Assembly (NCBI RefSeq): GCF_006345805.1
Contig: NC_043024.1
Location: forward strand, 14,260,001 to 14,324,000
From: Octopus sinensis
Lineage: Eukaryota
Direction: 5' to 3'
Length of the DNA stretch: 64,000 nt
Shown: positions 38,846 to 50,713 of the stretch, piece after piece
Numbering within the stretch: the first letter of the stretch is position 1
How the letters are laid out: each line of letters begins with the position of its first letter
Program-made: the position numbers and the translations under genes
Notes under the pieces: model-generated
The model's input: the letters and a program-made list of their open reading frames with translations, nothing else
What the model was told of the DNA's origin: nothing
Databases searched by the model: none

Positions 38846-41800
38846 GTAAGTTACCTTATCTACTTTGATAATAAATTACCAAGAGCCCAGGTAAAAACTA
38901 ACCACAGGTGTAGACCTTGGTGATGGTAGCAAATATTCATGGTGTGGCTGTGTGGTAAGAAGGCGGTGAGCTGGTAGAAATGTTAGCATGCCGGGCGAAA
39001 TGCTTAACGTTCTGAGTTCAAATTCCGCCGAGGTCGACTTTGCCTTTCATCCTTTCAGGATCCATTAAATAAATACCAGTTACGCACTGGAGTCGATATA
39101 ATTGACTTAATCCATTTGTCTATCCTTGTTCGTCCCCTCTGTGTGTAGCCCCTTGTGGGTAATAAAGAAATAGGTATTTCATCTGCCGCTAGGTTCTGAG
39201 TTCAAATTCCGCTGTGGTTGACTTCGCCTTTCATCCTTTCGGGATCCATTAAATAAGTACCAGTTACGCACTGGAGTCGATATAATCGACTTAATCCATT
39301 TGTCTATCCTTGTTCGTCCCCTCTGTGTTTAGCCCCTTGTGGGTAGTAAAGAAATAAGAAGTTTGTCTCCCAACCACAGTGTATTGTCTCACAGCAAGGC
39401 ACCTTGGAGAAATGCCTTCTACTATAGCTTTGGGCCAAAGATTTGAGAGAAAGGATTTGGTAGATAGAAACTGAAAGAAGCTTGTAATATATGTATATAC
39501 ATGTGCACACACTTGTGTGAGTGTTTGTCTCTGAGCACCACCTGACGATATTGGTTTGTTTATGTTCCTGTAAAGAGACCACCAGAATAAGTACCAGATA
39601 TTAAAAAGAAAAGTATTGGGGTTGATTTGTTTGACAAAACCCTTCAAAGTAGTCCCCAGCATGGCTGCAGTCCAATGAGGAAAAAAAGCACAAGAAAGAT
39701 AACAACCAATAGTAAAGTTATCTATTTTGTTTTCTTTTGTGCAGAATCAATTTTTCTGAGAATTTTTCTAGTTCATCTTGCTGCAAATGAATATCAAAAG
39801 ATGAAAGAAGCAACTTAAGGTACAGGCTTCACTAATGAGGGTAAGAGTCACTTGCTCTGTCCATCTGATTATAAAATAAACGCTAAGAGGTGAGATAAGT
39901 GACCATGAAAATTGTATGAACCAAAGCACAAGATATATTGCTTGATGGTTGCCTGGTGCATCAGAGACTTTCTCAGCAGGAACCTCCATAGAAATTGTGT
40001 AAATAAATCAATTTCAAGATGGAAATTTTCAATAAGAATAAATTATAAACCTTTGTTATTACTTTGGTGAGGTAGCCGGCATGTGGGTTTTCTGAATGGC
40101 ATGCCCTATGTTGTGGCAAACAATGAAGTTAGGACAGGTTCTGAATATGATGAGCTGGCAGAAACGTTAGTGCACCGGATTAAATGCTTATGGATATTTC
40201 GTCTGCCGCTACATTATGAGTTCAAATTCCGCCGAGGTCGACTTTGCCTTTCATCCTTTCGGGGTCGATAAATTAAGTACCAGTTACGCACTGGGCTCGA
40301 TATAATCGACTTAATCCCTTTGTCTGTCCTTGTTTGTCCCCTCTGTGTTTAGCCCCTTGTGGGTAGTAAAGAAATAGGTTCTGAATACATGTTATATTTA
40401 CATCAACTTGAGTGGTACAAAGGCGAATGCATGGAATAGCAGAGTACATATATACAAACGTATTATTTTATCAAAAGGCTGCTAGTATAGATCTTGTCAT
40501 TGCAAGTCTGAGACATCAGGTTAGCTGTGTGTAACCTCACCAGTCAAGCGATCAAGCAAAGAGCTAATGTGTCAGAGAAAGCCAGACAAGAAGAGGAAGA
40601 GAGAGGGAATTTTGCAGTACTTTGCTTTTTATATCAACTGGCGGTAAAGCCACCTGTTGGCATTCCTACCAGAAGTTGCAACATATTCCTGAATATCCTG
40701 TAGCGAATTAGGAGACACAACTCTCATTTATTTCCCTTTCTTCTCTGTAGGGTTTGCAACATTACTTCTAAACATTTAGAAAATAGGATATTTTTTTAAA
40801 AATAAAACAGATACTATAGCCTCGGGCTGACCAAAGCCTTGTGAGTGGATTTGGTAGACGGAAACTGAAAGAAGCCCGTCGTATATATGTATATATGTAT
40901 ATATATATATATATGCGTGGATGTGTTTGTGTGTTTGTCCCCCTAGCATTGCTTGACAACCGATGCTGGTGTGTTTATGTCCCTGTTACTTAGCGGTTCG
41001 GCAAAAGAGGCCGATAGAATAAGTACTGGGCTTACAAAAAGAATAAGTCCCGGGGTCGAGTTGCTCGATTAAAGGCGGTGCTCCAGCATGGCCACAGTCA
41101 AATGACTGAAACAAATAAAAGAGTAAAGAGTATTTATGTGTTGTTGTATTCTTCAATGGGTTGCAAATGCAAGGGCTGCAGACTGGAGCTTCAAAACAAC
41201 TCCTGTTTCTCCATTGCCCTCCTTCAAGAGGGTTTCCAATCAGTCCTAGCACCTTTTATACCTTCTCTTTGCTGGAGAGTTACATAGATGTTGGGGGGAA
41301 GTAACACAGTTGTTTCCCTTGCTTCTATGTCAACATGACATGTGTAATTCTAATTTTTAATTGTTTGTTCCTTCTCGAGCCACTCCAGGCTCATAAGGGC
41401 TGGTTTCTCGGTTTCCTTGGCATATAGGTTCCCCACCTGGACGGGACACTGGTGAGCTGCTAGATGCAGGAGGAAAGAGTGAGAGGAAATTGTGGCTAAA
41501 GAGTCAGCAGAAGATCGCTATTACCTTCTGCCAGAGCCGCATGGAGATTAGGTGTTTCGCTCATAAACACACACATCACCCAATCTCAGATTCGAACCTA
41601 CGATCCCTCGACTGCGAGTCCACTGCTCTAACCACTAGGCCATGTGCCTCCACTTAATTTTTAATTAGAGTCTAGTTATTAAAAGAATAAATTCAATTGT
41701 TAAAAAAAACATTAAAGCTGCTAAAAACTAATTAACAATTAAGTAACTAAAGAAAAATTTGGGTAAATAATCTATGATCTGTTTAAAATAATACATTAAA

Positions 41801-42399
41801 ATTGTTTAAAAATAATTAATCAGTAATTAAAATGGAATTTCAGTATTCATCTCAAATCTAATTAAAAAAGTTATTTGTCACATTGGTGCCACATGAACAG
41901 TATTCATGCTGGTACCACGTAAAAAGCACCTGGCACACTCTGTGGAGTAGTTGGCATTAGGAAGGGCATCCAGCTATAGAAACCATGCCAAAATAGACAA
42001 TGGGAGCCTGGTGTATCCCCAGCCTTACAGGCTCTTGTCAAACTGTCCAACCGATGCCAGGATAGAAAATGGATGTTAAAATATGATGATGATGATGATG
42101 ATGATGGTGGTGATGGTGGTGGTTGTGGTGGTGGTGGTGGTGATGATGATGATGATCATCATCATCATCAAATAAACCTAAAGTTGTTTTAAAAATTTCA
42201 TAATAAACTAAAATTTAAGCATTTCTATTTAAGTCTATTTAAACTATGAATTTGAAAATGAAATAATTTATTAAATATAGTCTTGGAACTGTATTTAAAA
42301 ATTTTGCAATTAATTAACTAAGTTTCAGTCATCTGTGCTTGAATTTAATTAAAGTATGAACTAAGAAATGAAATCAATAATTAAATAAATCTGTAAATT

Positions 42400-43047
42400 G
42401 TTTAAATATTTATTTATGTAATTTACATTGGATGGATATGTGTCCGCTTCCTATTTCTTTATTGCCCACAAGGGGCTAAACATAGAGGGGACAAACAAAG
42501 GGATTAAGTCGATTAGATTGACTCCAGTGTGTAACTGAATTTATTTTAAGGTGGCAAACTGGCAGAATTGTTAGCACGCCGGGCGAAATGCCTAGTGGTA
42601 TTTCGCCTGCCGCTACATTCTGAGTTCAAATTCCGCCGAGGTCAACTTTGCATTTCATCCTTTCGGGGTTGATAAATTAAGGACCAGTTACGCACTGAGG
42701 TCGATATAATCGACTTAATCCATTTGTCTGTCCTTGTTTGTCCTCTCTGTGTTTAGCCCCTTGTGGGTAGTAAAGAAATAGGTACTGAATTTATTGACCC
42801 CGAAAGGATAAAAGGCAAAGTCAACCTCAGCAGAATTTGAACTCAGAATGTAACGGCAGATGAAATACCGCTAAGCATCTCGCCCAACGTACTAACGATT
42901 CTGCCAGCTCACCACCTTCCATGTGTCCTCATCTTGTTTGTTGTTACTACAACTTTTGGGCTGATTTACTCTCCACCCTTCATCAGGTGTCCTGGTAGAA
43001 TTTTGAACCCAACTCTCAGTTCTCATTCCTAAGGTATTTTTTGCTGA

Positions 43048-43087
<40 letters not shown>

Positions 43088-43424
43088 ATTGTTATTGTTA
43101 TCTTTTTTTCTTCTTCTTTCAAATTTGCTTCCATTTCTTGCTGAGTGTCTTCCCAAATCCTAGGGCAAAGAAACTCATAGTATACATTGGTAGGCTATTA
43201 AACTAAACTCACTAGTTCGTTCATTTCTTTTTTTTTTTATAGAAATAAAGTTAAATTAAAATACATGGGTAGTAATAGTTCTCACATCGACAATGCTCTT
43301 CTCAATATGTGTGATGTATCAGTTAAGACAATCTTTTGCACTTCTTGCAGGGATGGTAAGCCAGGGATCATTCTCATATAATTTTCGTTTCCCTTCTTGA
43401 TCATTCCTAGTGCTCCTATTATTA

Positions 43425-43495
<71 letters not shown>

Positions 43496-43531
43496 TATTT
43501 CGTTTCCCTTCTTGATCATTCCTAGTGCTCC

Positions 43532-43591
<60 letters not shown>

Positions 43592-43743
43592 CATTATTAT
43601 TATTATTATATCATTATTATTATTATTATTATCATTATTATTATTATTATTATTATTATCATCTATTATTATTATTATTATTATATTATTATTATTTATT
43701 ATTATTATTATTATTATTATCATCTATATTATTATTATTATTA

Positions 43744-43775
<32 letters not shown>

Positions 43776-43841
43776 ATTATTATTATTATCATCTATTATT
43801 ATTATTATTATTATTATTATCATCTATTATTATTATCATCA

Positions 43842-43878
<37 letters not shown>

Positions 43879-43882
43879 CATC

Positions 43883-43933
<51 letters not shown>

Positions 43934-44240
43934 CATCATCATTATTATTATTATTATTCATTCAAGGCACTGCCTGTAATTAAACTTGGGATCTTGGGTT
44001 TAGTAGCCCGTGTTCTAAAGAGCAGTGCCTTGTATAAATAATAATAATGATAATAACATCAGCAAAAATAATAACTTAGGAATGAGAACCCAGGGTTGGG
44101 TTCAAAATTCCACCAGGACACCTGATGAAGGGTGTGGAGTAAATCAGCCGAAACGTTGTGGTAACAACAAACAAGATGAGGACACATATCCATCCGATGT
44201 GAATAATGTACTGAATTCCTCATCTCTAAAACATAGAACA
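42400..44240. mobile_element. Inverted dimer of the same element (locus 3), interrupted by SINE D and an expanded (ATT)n
   Basis: Cores at 42945-42992(-) and 44116-44162(+); SINE D composite inserted with an ATGTGTCC duplication (42436 and 42921). Confidence 0.65.
43408..43958. repeat. (ATT)n microsatellite expansion
   Basis: Direct reading; includes a duplicated TTCGTTTCCCTTCTTGATCATTCCTAGTGCTCC unit (43384 and 43499). Confidence 0.95.
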
Positions 44241-44290
44241 GTTTTTATTTATTAATCAACTAAAATGAAATCTATTTTAAATTTCCAAAG

Positions 44291-44458
44291 ATTTAATGGT
44301 GATCAAGCGATATGACTATGTGGCTATCGAAAGTAGTGCCCCAGCTATAAGAATTCTGATGGGGAAGAATACCTTTATTGAGGTGACCCTTGGAGCGACG
44401 TTGAAAGGAAACACACGCATTCAGGGACTGTGTGGCAATTATAATGGGAATCAAAAGG
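44291..44458 (+). CDS. Exon, VWD C-terminal half
   Basis: atttccaaAG / GTGAGT, 168 nt, phase 1-1: LMVIKRYDYVAIESSAPAIRILMGKNTFIEVTLGATLKGNTRIQGLCGNYNGNQK (GLCGN motif). Confidence 0.93.
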
Positions 44459-44987
44459 GTGAGTATTAACGTTATTACTTTTTATTGATTCTGAGGGCAG
44501 ACATGGCTGTGTGGTCAAGGAGTTTGCTATGTAATAATATAATTTCACTTTCAATCCCACTGTGTGACAACCTTGTCTTACACATTACACTCTCTCTTTC
44601 ACTCTCTTTTACTTGTTTTAGTCGTTTGACTGTGGCCATGCTGGAGCACTGCTTTTAGTCGAGCAAATTGACCCCAGGACTTATTCTTTGTAGGCCTAGT
44701 ACTTATTCTATCTTTCTCTTTTGCCGAACTGCTAAGTTGCAGGGACGTAAACACACCAGCATCAGTTGTCAAGCGATGTTGTGGTGGACAAACACAGACA
44801 CACAAACATATACACACACACATACACACACACACATACACATACATATATATATATATATAAGTTCAGCAAAAATTTAGATTCAAATGAATATGGTACT
44901 TAATTTAGATGCACCAGAATTTTGTATGGTGTTATCCATAATGTTGCCACTTGATTTGACAATTTTTGTATTAATGGAAAACCTCTA

Positions 44988-45063
44988 TAATTGGCTGATG
45001 AGTACTTACAATACTTACAACATTTAATAAAATGATGTAGTACGAAACGATCGTACCTAATTA
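44988..45063 (+). ncRNA. Candidate type I hammerhead ribozyme (canonical core)
   Basis: TAATTGG-CTGATGA-GTAC..GTAC-GAAA-CGATCG-TA-CC(T)AATTA: all core residues, stems I and II can pair, palindromic stem III, GUA site. Confidence 0.75.
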
Positions 45064-45088
45064 CCGGAGTCATTCTTGTTGCTTATTT

Positions 45089-45158
<70 letters not shown>

Positions 45159-45160
<2 letters not shown>

Positions 45161-45457
45161 GAATGTTTGTATACTGTCAATTTAACGTGACAGTAGGGGA
45201 TTACACCACCGCTGTTTAGCCCTAGGAAGCATCGACGCTTCCTGTCGGCTTCGACACATTTTTTTTTCCTGTGTCTTTATATATTTACGAAGGGGAGACA
45301 AATACCCCCAGCAGCTAGTCCCCTTCGTAAATATTATAAGGACACAGGAAAAAAAAATGTGTCGAAGCCGACAGGAAGCGTCGATGCTCCCTAGGGCTAA
45401 ACAGCGGTGGTGTAATCCCCTACTGTCATGTTAAATTGACAGTATACAAACATTCTA
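45159..45457. mobile_element. Young foldback MITE with near-perfect ~135-bp arms
   Basis: TAGAATGTTTGTATACTG...CAGTATACAAACATTCTA with a short spacer, inserted in (TA)n. Confidence 0.85.
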
Positions 45458-48049
45458 TCGCCCCACCAACATACATATCTCTATGAGATTTTTAGAAATT
45501 TAATATTTCTGATACATATATATATATACATACATATATACGACAGGCTTCTTTCAGTTTCCATCTACGAAATCCACTCACAAGGCTTTGGTTAGCCCGA
45601 GGCTATGGTAGAAGACACTTGTTCAAGGTGTCACACAGTGGGACTGAACCTAGAACCATGTTGTTCGCAACAAGCAACTTACCACACAGCCAATCCTACG
45701 CCTGTGTAATGAAATTTTAATTTTTTTTTGTCTTTGATCAGTTTTATTTCCTATTTGCTTTGATTTAGAAATCAAAGGAAATGACTACTATCCCCTTCAA
45801 GCTTTGCTTTTGTACCCTGGATATCAAACACCTATTTTCAATCACATTGAATAAGCACCATTCGAGCGTGATCATTACCAGCACTTACTGGCACTTGTGC
45901 CGGCAGCACATGAAAAAAAATTTCAAGCGAGGTCATTGCCAGTGCCGCTGGACTGGCTCCTGTGCAGGAGGCACATAAAAACACCATTTGAGCATGGCCA
46001 CTGCCAGTGCCGCCCGACTGGCCCTCGTGCCGGTGGCATGTAAAAGCACTCACTACACTCTCAGAGTAGTTGGTGTTAGGAAGGACATCCAGCTGTAGAA
46101 ACTCTGCCAGATCAGATTGGAGCCTGGTGCAGCCATCTGGCTCGCCAGTCCTCAGTCAAATCATCCAACCCTTGCCAGCATGGAAAGCGGACGTTAAACG
46201 ATGATGATGATGATGGTGAGCTAAGGCGGTGAGCTGGCAGAGACATTAACACGCCGGGTGAAATGCTTAGCGGCATTTCGCCTGCCACTAGGTTCTGAGT
46301 TCAAATTCCGCCGAGGTCGACTTTGCCTTTCATCTTTTCGGGGTCGATAAATTAAGTACCAGTTACGCACTGGGGTCGATGTGATCGACTTAATACCTAT
46401 GTCTGTCCTTGTTTGTCCTCGCTATGTTTAGCCCCTTGTGGGTAATAAAGAAATAGATGATGATGATGATGATGATGATTTCAGACAGATTCAGCGTTGG
46501 GTTGCTGAAGAGGAAATATCGTTATAGCAAATATTCTGCTCAAATACCTCAGATTTGCTTGCCAGTTGCTTGAGCTTAAAACAACTTGAGCATGTCTCTT
46601 AGTAGCTGACAATATGAGCATCTCTGATCATGAGCAGGAGTAGTGGGGGAGGCATTATAGCCATGTGAAGAGAGACATTCTTTGGGGTTTGAATAAACAT
46701 AACCAAAGCAAAGTTTGAAGAAATTATTACTATTTTACATACTTTCCAGGCATAGGAGTGGCTGTGTGGTAAATAGCTTGCTTACAAACCACATTGTTCC
46801 AGGTTCAATCCCCCTGCATTGCACCTTGGGCAAGTGTCTTCTACTATAGCCTCGGGCTGACCAAAGCCTTGTGAGTGGATTTGGTAGACAGAAACTGAAA
46901 GAAGCCCGTCATATATATGTATGTATGTATATATATGTGTGTATGTATGTTTGTGTGTCTGTGTTTGTCCCCCCAACATTGCTTGACAACCGATGCTGGT
47001 GTGTTTACGTCCCCGTAACTTAGGGGTTCAGCAAAGAGACCGATAGAATGTGTACTAGGCTTACAAAGAATAAGTCCTAGGGTCGATTTGCTCGACTAAA
47101 GGTGGTGCTCCAGCATGGCCACAGTCAAACGACTGAAATAAGTAAAAGAGAGAAAAGAGTAAGGAAATATTTGTCAGTTTGGGAACCCCAATACCACTCA
47201 AGAATGTAGCTGACTACTTCTGCCCACCAAAATTTCTGACTTTATACAAATATCAGAAATTATTTTATTGTTCTGGCTCTTTTCTTGCACATCTTTCTTG
47301 GCATTTAATCTGGAGTTTATAAGATAACTGGCTCTCAATATATGACTTGAATTTTTACTTAAGGAACTTTTACAGAGTGTTAGCCATTCCAAGAGTAAGG
47401 TCTACAGCTGCTCCATACATGGTTTACTTTGGAAGACAAGTTCAGGATGTCTTTCTCAATTCCTACTCTTTACTTGTGTCAGTCATTTGACTGTGGCCAT
47501 GCTGGAGCACTGTCTTTTAGTCGAGCAAATTGACCCCAGGACTTATTCTTTGTAAGCCTAGTACTTATTCTATTGGTTTCTTTTGCCAAACCACTAAGTT
47601 ACGGGGATGTAAACACACCAGCATCAGTTGTCAAGCGATGGTGGGGTGACAAACACAGACACACAAACATATATACACACACACACATATATATATATAT
47701 ATACGATGGACTTCTTTCAGTTTCTGTCTATTAAATCCACTCACAAGGCTTTAGTTGGCCCAAGGCTATAGTAGAAGACACTTGCCCAAGTTGCCATGCA
47801 GTAGGACTGAACCCAGAACCAAGCTACTTACCACACAGCCACTCCTATGCCTGATTTTTATTTTTGGTTCAAGAAGAGTATATTTCATGAAGAGGATATT
47901 TTGGTTCATGAAGAGGATATTTTGAAAACAAAAACAATAAAGTTGACCCTGGTATGATTTCAACAAATAGTACAGGAAAAATGCTAAACACCCTAAAGAA
48001 TTTACTTTGATGTATTTTGAAGAGAATTTAGTCAAGGAATCATATTTAT

Positions 48050-48563
48050 TTATGCATGGCCTGGTCAGCCTGTAATGACATGCATAAGATCTGGTCATCA
48101 AATCTAAGTAGAGACTTCAAACTTGAAATCTTCAAAGCCACAGTTGAACCAATTCTACTATATGGCTCAGAAACCTGGACGTTATCAAAGAAGCTTGAGA
48201 GGCGGTTGGATGGAACCTACACTCGCCTCCTTATGAGAGCTCAAAATCTCTCGTGGTGGCGCCATCCAACCAAAATGCAAATATATGGGAAACTACCACC
48301 TGTGTCATCTCTTGTGAAAGGTAGGAGAGTCCAGTTCGCTGGACATTGTTGTAGAGCTGAAAACGAGGTAATTTCTACTCTTCTCCTCTGGAAGCCATCT
48401 GCTCGCGATACCAGAGGGCGCACACTCTCCTACCCTGATGTAATCTCCAGGGATACAGGCATCCAGCAACAGAACCTCCATAATGCCATGATGGACCGTG
48501 AAGTCTGGCGTAGCATGGTAAATTCCATTGTCTCGACCACGGTCGAACAATGATGATGATGAT
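48050..48563 (+). mobile_element. RTE-clade LINE 3' fragment, (GAT)n tail
   Basis: ILLYGSETWTL..RRVQFAGHC..LLLWKP..RGRTLSY C-terminal motifs followed by tgatgatgatgat. Confidence 0.9.
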
Positions 48564-48772
48564 TGTTATAAGCAGATGAAGTTTATAATACAAACCAACA
48601 ATAATTCTGTGTTTAAAATTCGGATAGGATTTTTAAGTGGGCAATTTTTGGTCAGAGGTAGTTTTGGATAAATTGATGTATTTTACTCCCATTATCTGTA
48701 TTCTTTTTTTGCTGCCTTAACCATCAGAATTGTTGCATATCAGAACATTTTGTCTTCGTTGTTTACTCACAG

Positions 48773-48858
48773 ATGACTTTATGACACCTGAAAAAATCAA
48801 AGAGGGAAAAGGACACCTGTTTGCTGACTCTTATGCTATAAAAGAAAGTAGAGGCCAG
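48773..48858 (+). CDS. Exon, VWD end
   Basis: tactcacAG / GTAAAA, 86 nt, phase 1-0: (D)DFMTPEKIKEGKGHLFADSYAIKESRGQ, continuing GNxxDDF. Confidence 0.88.
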
Positions 48859-50004
48859 GTAAAAATTATTCATTTTGATTTAATTTATTTACATTAGTGA
48901 TTCATTTTATTTTACCTCATAAGAACAGTTTAGGTAGAATTGAAACCACAATCATGAGTTCAACGCCCTAACCACTAAGCCATGCACTTCCACTTTCTAT
49001 AGTTGGATGTCCTTAATGTCGGTTCTATAAATAGAGATTGGTTAAAAATAAGTAACAGACTGAACTTTTGGAGTTGGTATGATCAGCTAAAATCCGAGAT
49101 GCTCCAGTATGACCAAAACAAGTAAAAGAAGACCAGATGAATGAATTAATCTCAATATACAGTATAATAGGCATAGGAGTGGCTGTGTGGTAAGTAGCTT
49201 GCTTACCAACCACAGGATTCCGGGTTCAGTACCACTGTGTGGCACCTTGAGCAAGTGTCTTCTACTATAGCCTCGGGCTGACTAAAGCCTTGTGAGTGGA
49301 TTTGGTAGACGAAAATGAAAGAAGCCCGTCGTATATACGTATATATATATATATACCAAAAAATAAGCAACAAGAATGGATCAGTAGTTTAGTATAATTG
49401 TTTCATTCTATAAACATTTTATTAAAGCTGCAAAAATTACAGCAAATATAATGTCAAGTATATAATGTCATTATATTTGCTGTAATTTTTGCAGCTTTAA
49501 TAAAATGTTTATAGTATGAAACAATTGTACTAAACTACTGATCAATTCTTGTTGCTTATTTTTTGGTTTTAATCACCCCACATAATTTTATGGGTAATAC
49601 CATAAAAAAATTCTGGTGCATCTAAGTTAAGTACCATATTCATTTGAATCTAAATTGTTTTGCTGTATATATATATATATATATGCATATCTATTATATA
49701 AAATCCGTTCTGTCTGTCTGTGTGTGGAAAGATGGAGACACATTGTGCAACAAAATGGTTCATATTTGGTCGATTAAAAATGTAATGGCAAGTATTTATT
49801 GACCTTTTTATTTCCATTAAAAATCGGCATGAACTTTCCGGACAACCCAATATATTTCTTTAATTTAACAATCTCTTTACATCTTCCTTTTTACATTTCT
49901 TCAATGTATTTATAACATTTACTTTTTTAAGCTATCCTTTTATATATTTCCTTAACTTTGTGATCTATTTATATCTTTTTGCATAGGCTGATACTTCTTT
50001 TCTT

Positions 50005-50470
50005 CTTTATGCCTTTAACCCTCCAACGCGGAGTATAGGCCACTTATAGCTGAATTCCATGTCACATAATTCTTCACTTCTGTACTTATACTCTGCCATG
50101 AATGCGCCCCCTTTCTCTAGTTCCTTTTGTGTTGATCTACGCCACGAGTTCTTAGGCCTACCTTTCTTTCTATATCCAACCGGTTTCCACTTTAAAGCAC
50201 TTTTCGCTACATTTGGTGTGTCTTTTCTAATTGTGCTACCAATCCACTTCCACTTTTTCTTAAATATTTGCTCCCTAATCGAAACTTGATTTGTTCTTTG
50301 CCATAGCTCCATATTGCTTATGTGTTGGGGCCATCTAATTTTAAGTATACTACGCAAGCATCTGTTGATGAATGATTGTATTTACTTATTTGACTTAACT
50401 GTTGTTCGCCATGTCTCAGGCCCATACAATAACACCATTGATTACGCAAACACTGATAGTAGGCTGATAC
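50005..50470 (-). mobile_element. RTE-clade LINE 3' fragment (different family)
   Basis: YGPETW..LRSILKIRWPQHISNMELW..KWKWIG..ALKWKP.G.RKKGRPKNSWRR. Confidence 0.88.
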
Positions 50471-50482
50471 TATGGGCATGCA

Positions 50483-50713
50483 AGGCGGCGAGCTGGCAGA
50501 AACGTTAGCACACCGGGCGAAATGCTTAGCGGTATTGTGTCTGTCGTTGCGTTCTGAGTTCAAATTCTGCCGAGGTCGACTTTGCCTTTCATCCTTTCGG
50601 GGTCGATAAATTAAGTACCAGTTACGCACTGGGGTCAATGTAATCGACTTCATCCGTTTGTCTGTCCTTGTTTGTCCCCTCTATGTTTAGCCCCTTGTGG
50701 GCAATAAAGAAAC
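50483..50713 (+). mobile_element. SINE family D (Meta-domain-like core)
   Basis: AAGGCGGCGAGCTGGCAG head, GAGTTCAAATTC B-box, core GCCTTTCATCCTTTCGGGGTCGATAAA..AGTACC resembling the MetaSINE/Sauria core (recalled, not searched). Other copies: 10503-11105(-, x3), 14395-15177(-), 28080-28285(-), 38964-39356, 40152-40378, 42452-42918, 46225-46455, 52806-53285(x2). Confidence 0.8.
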
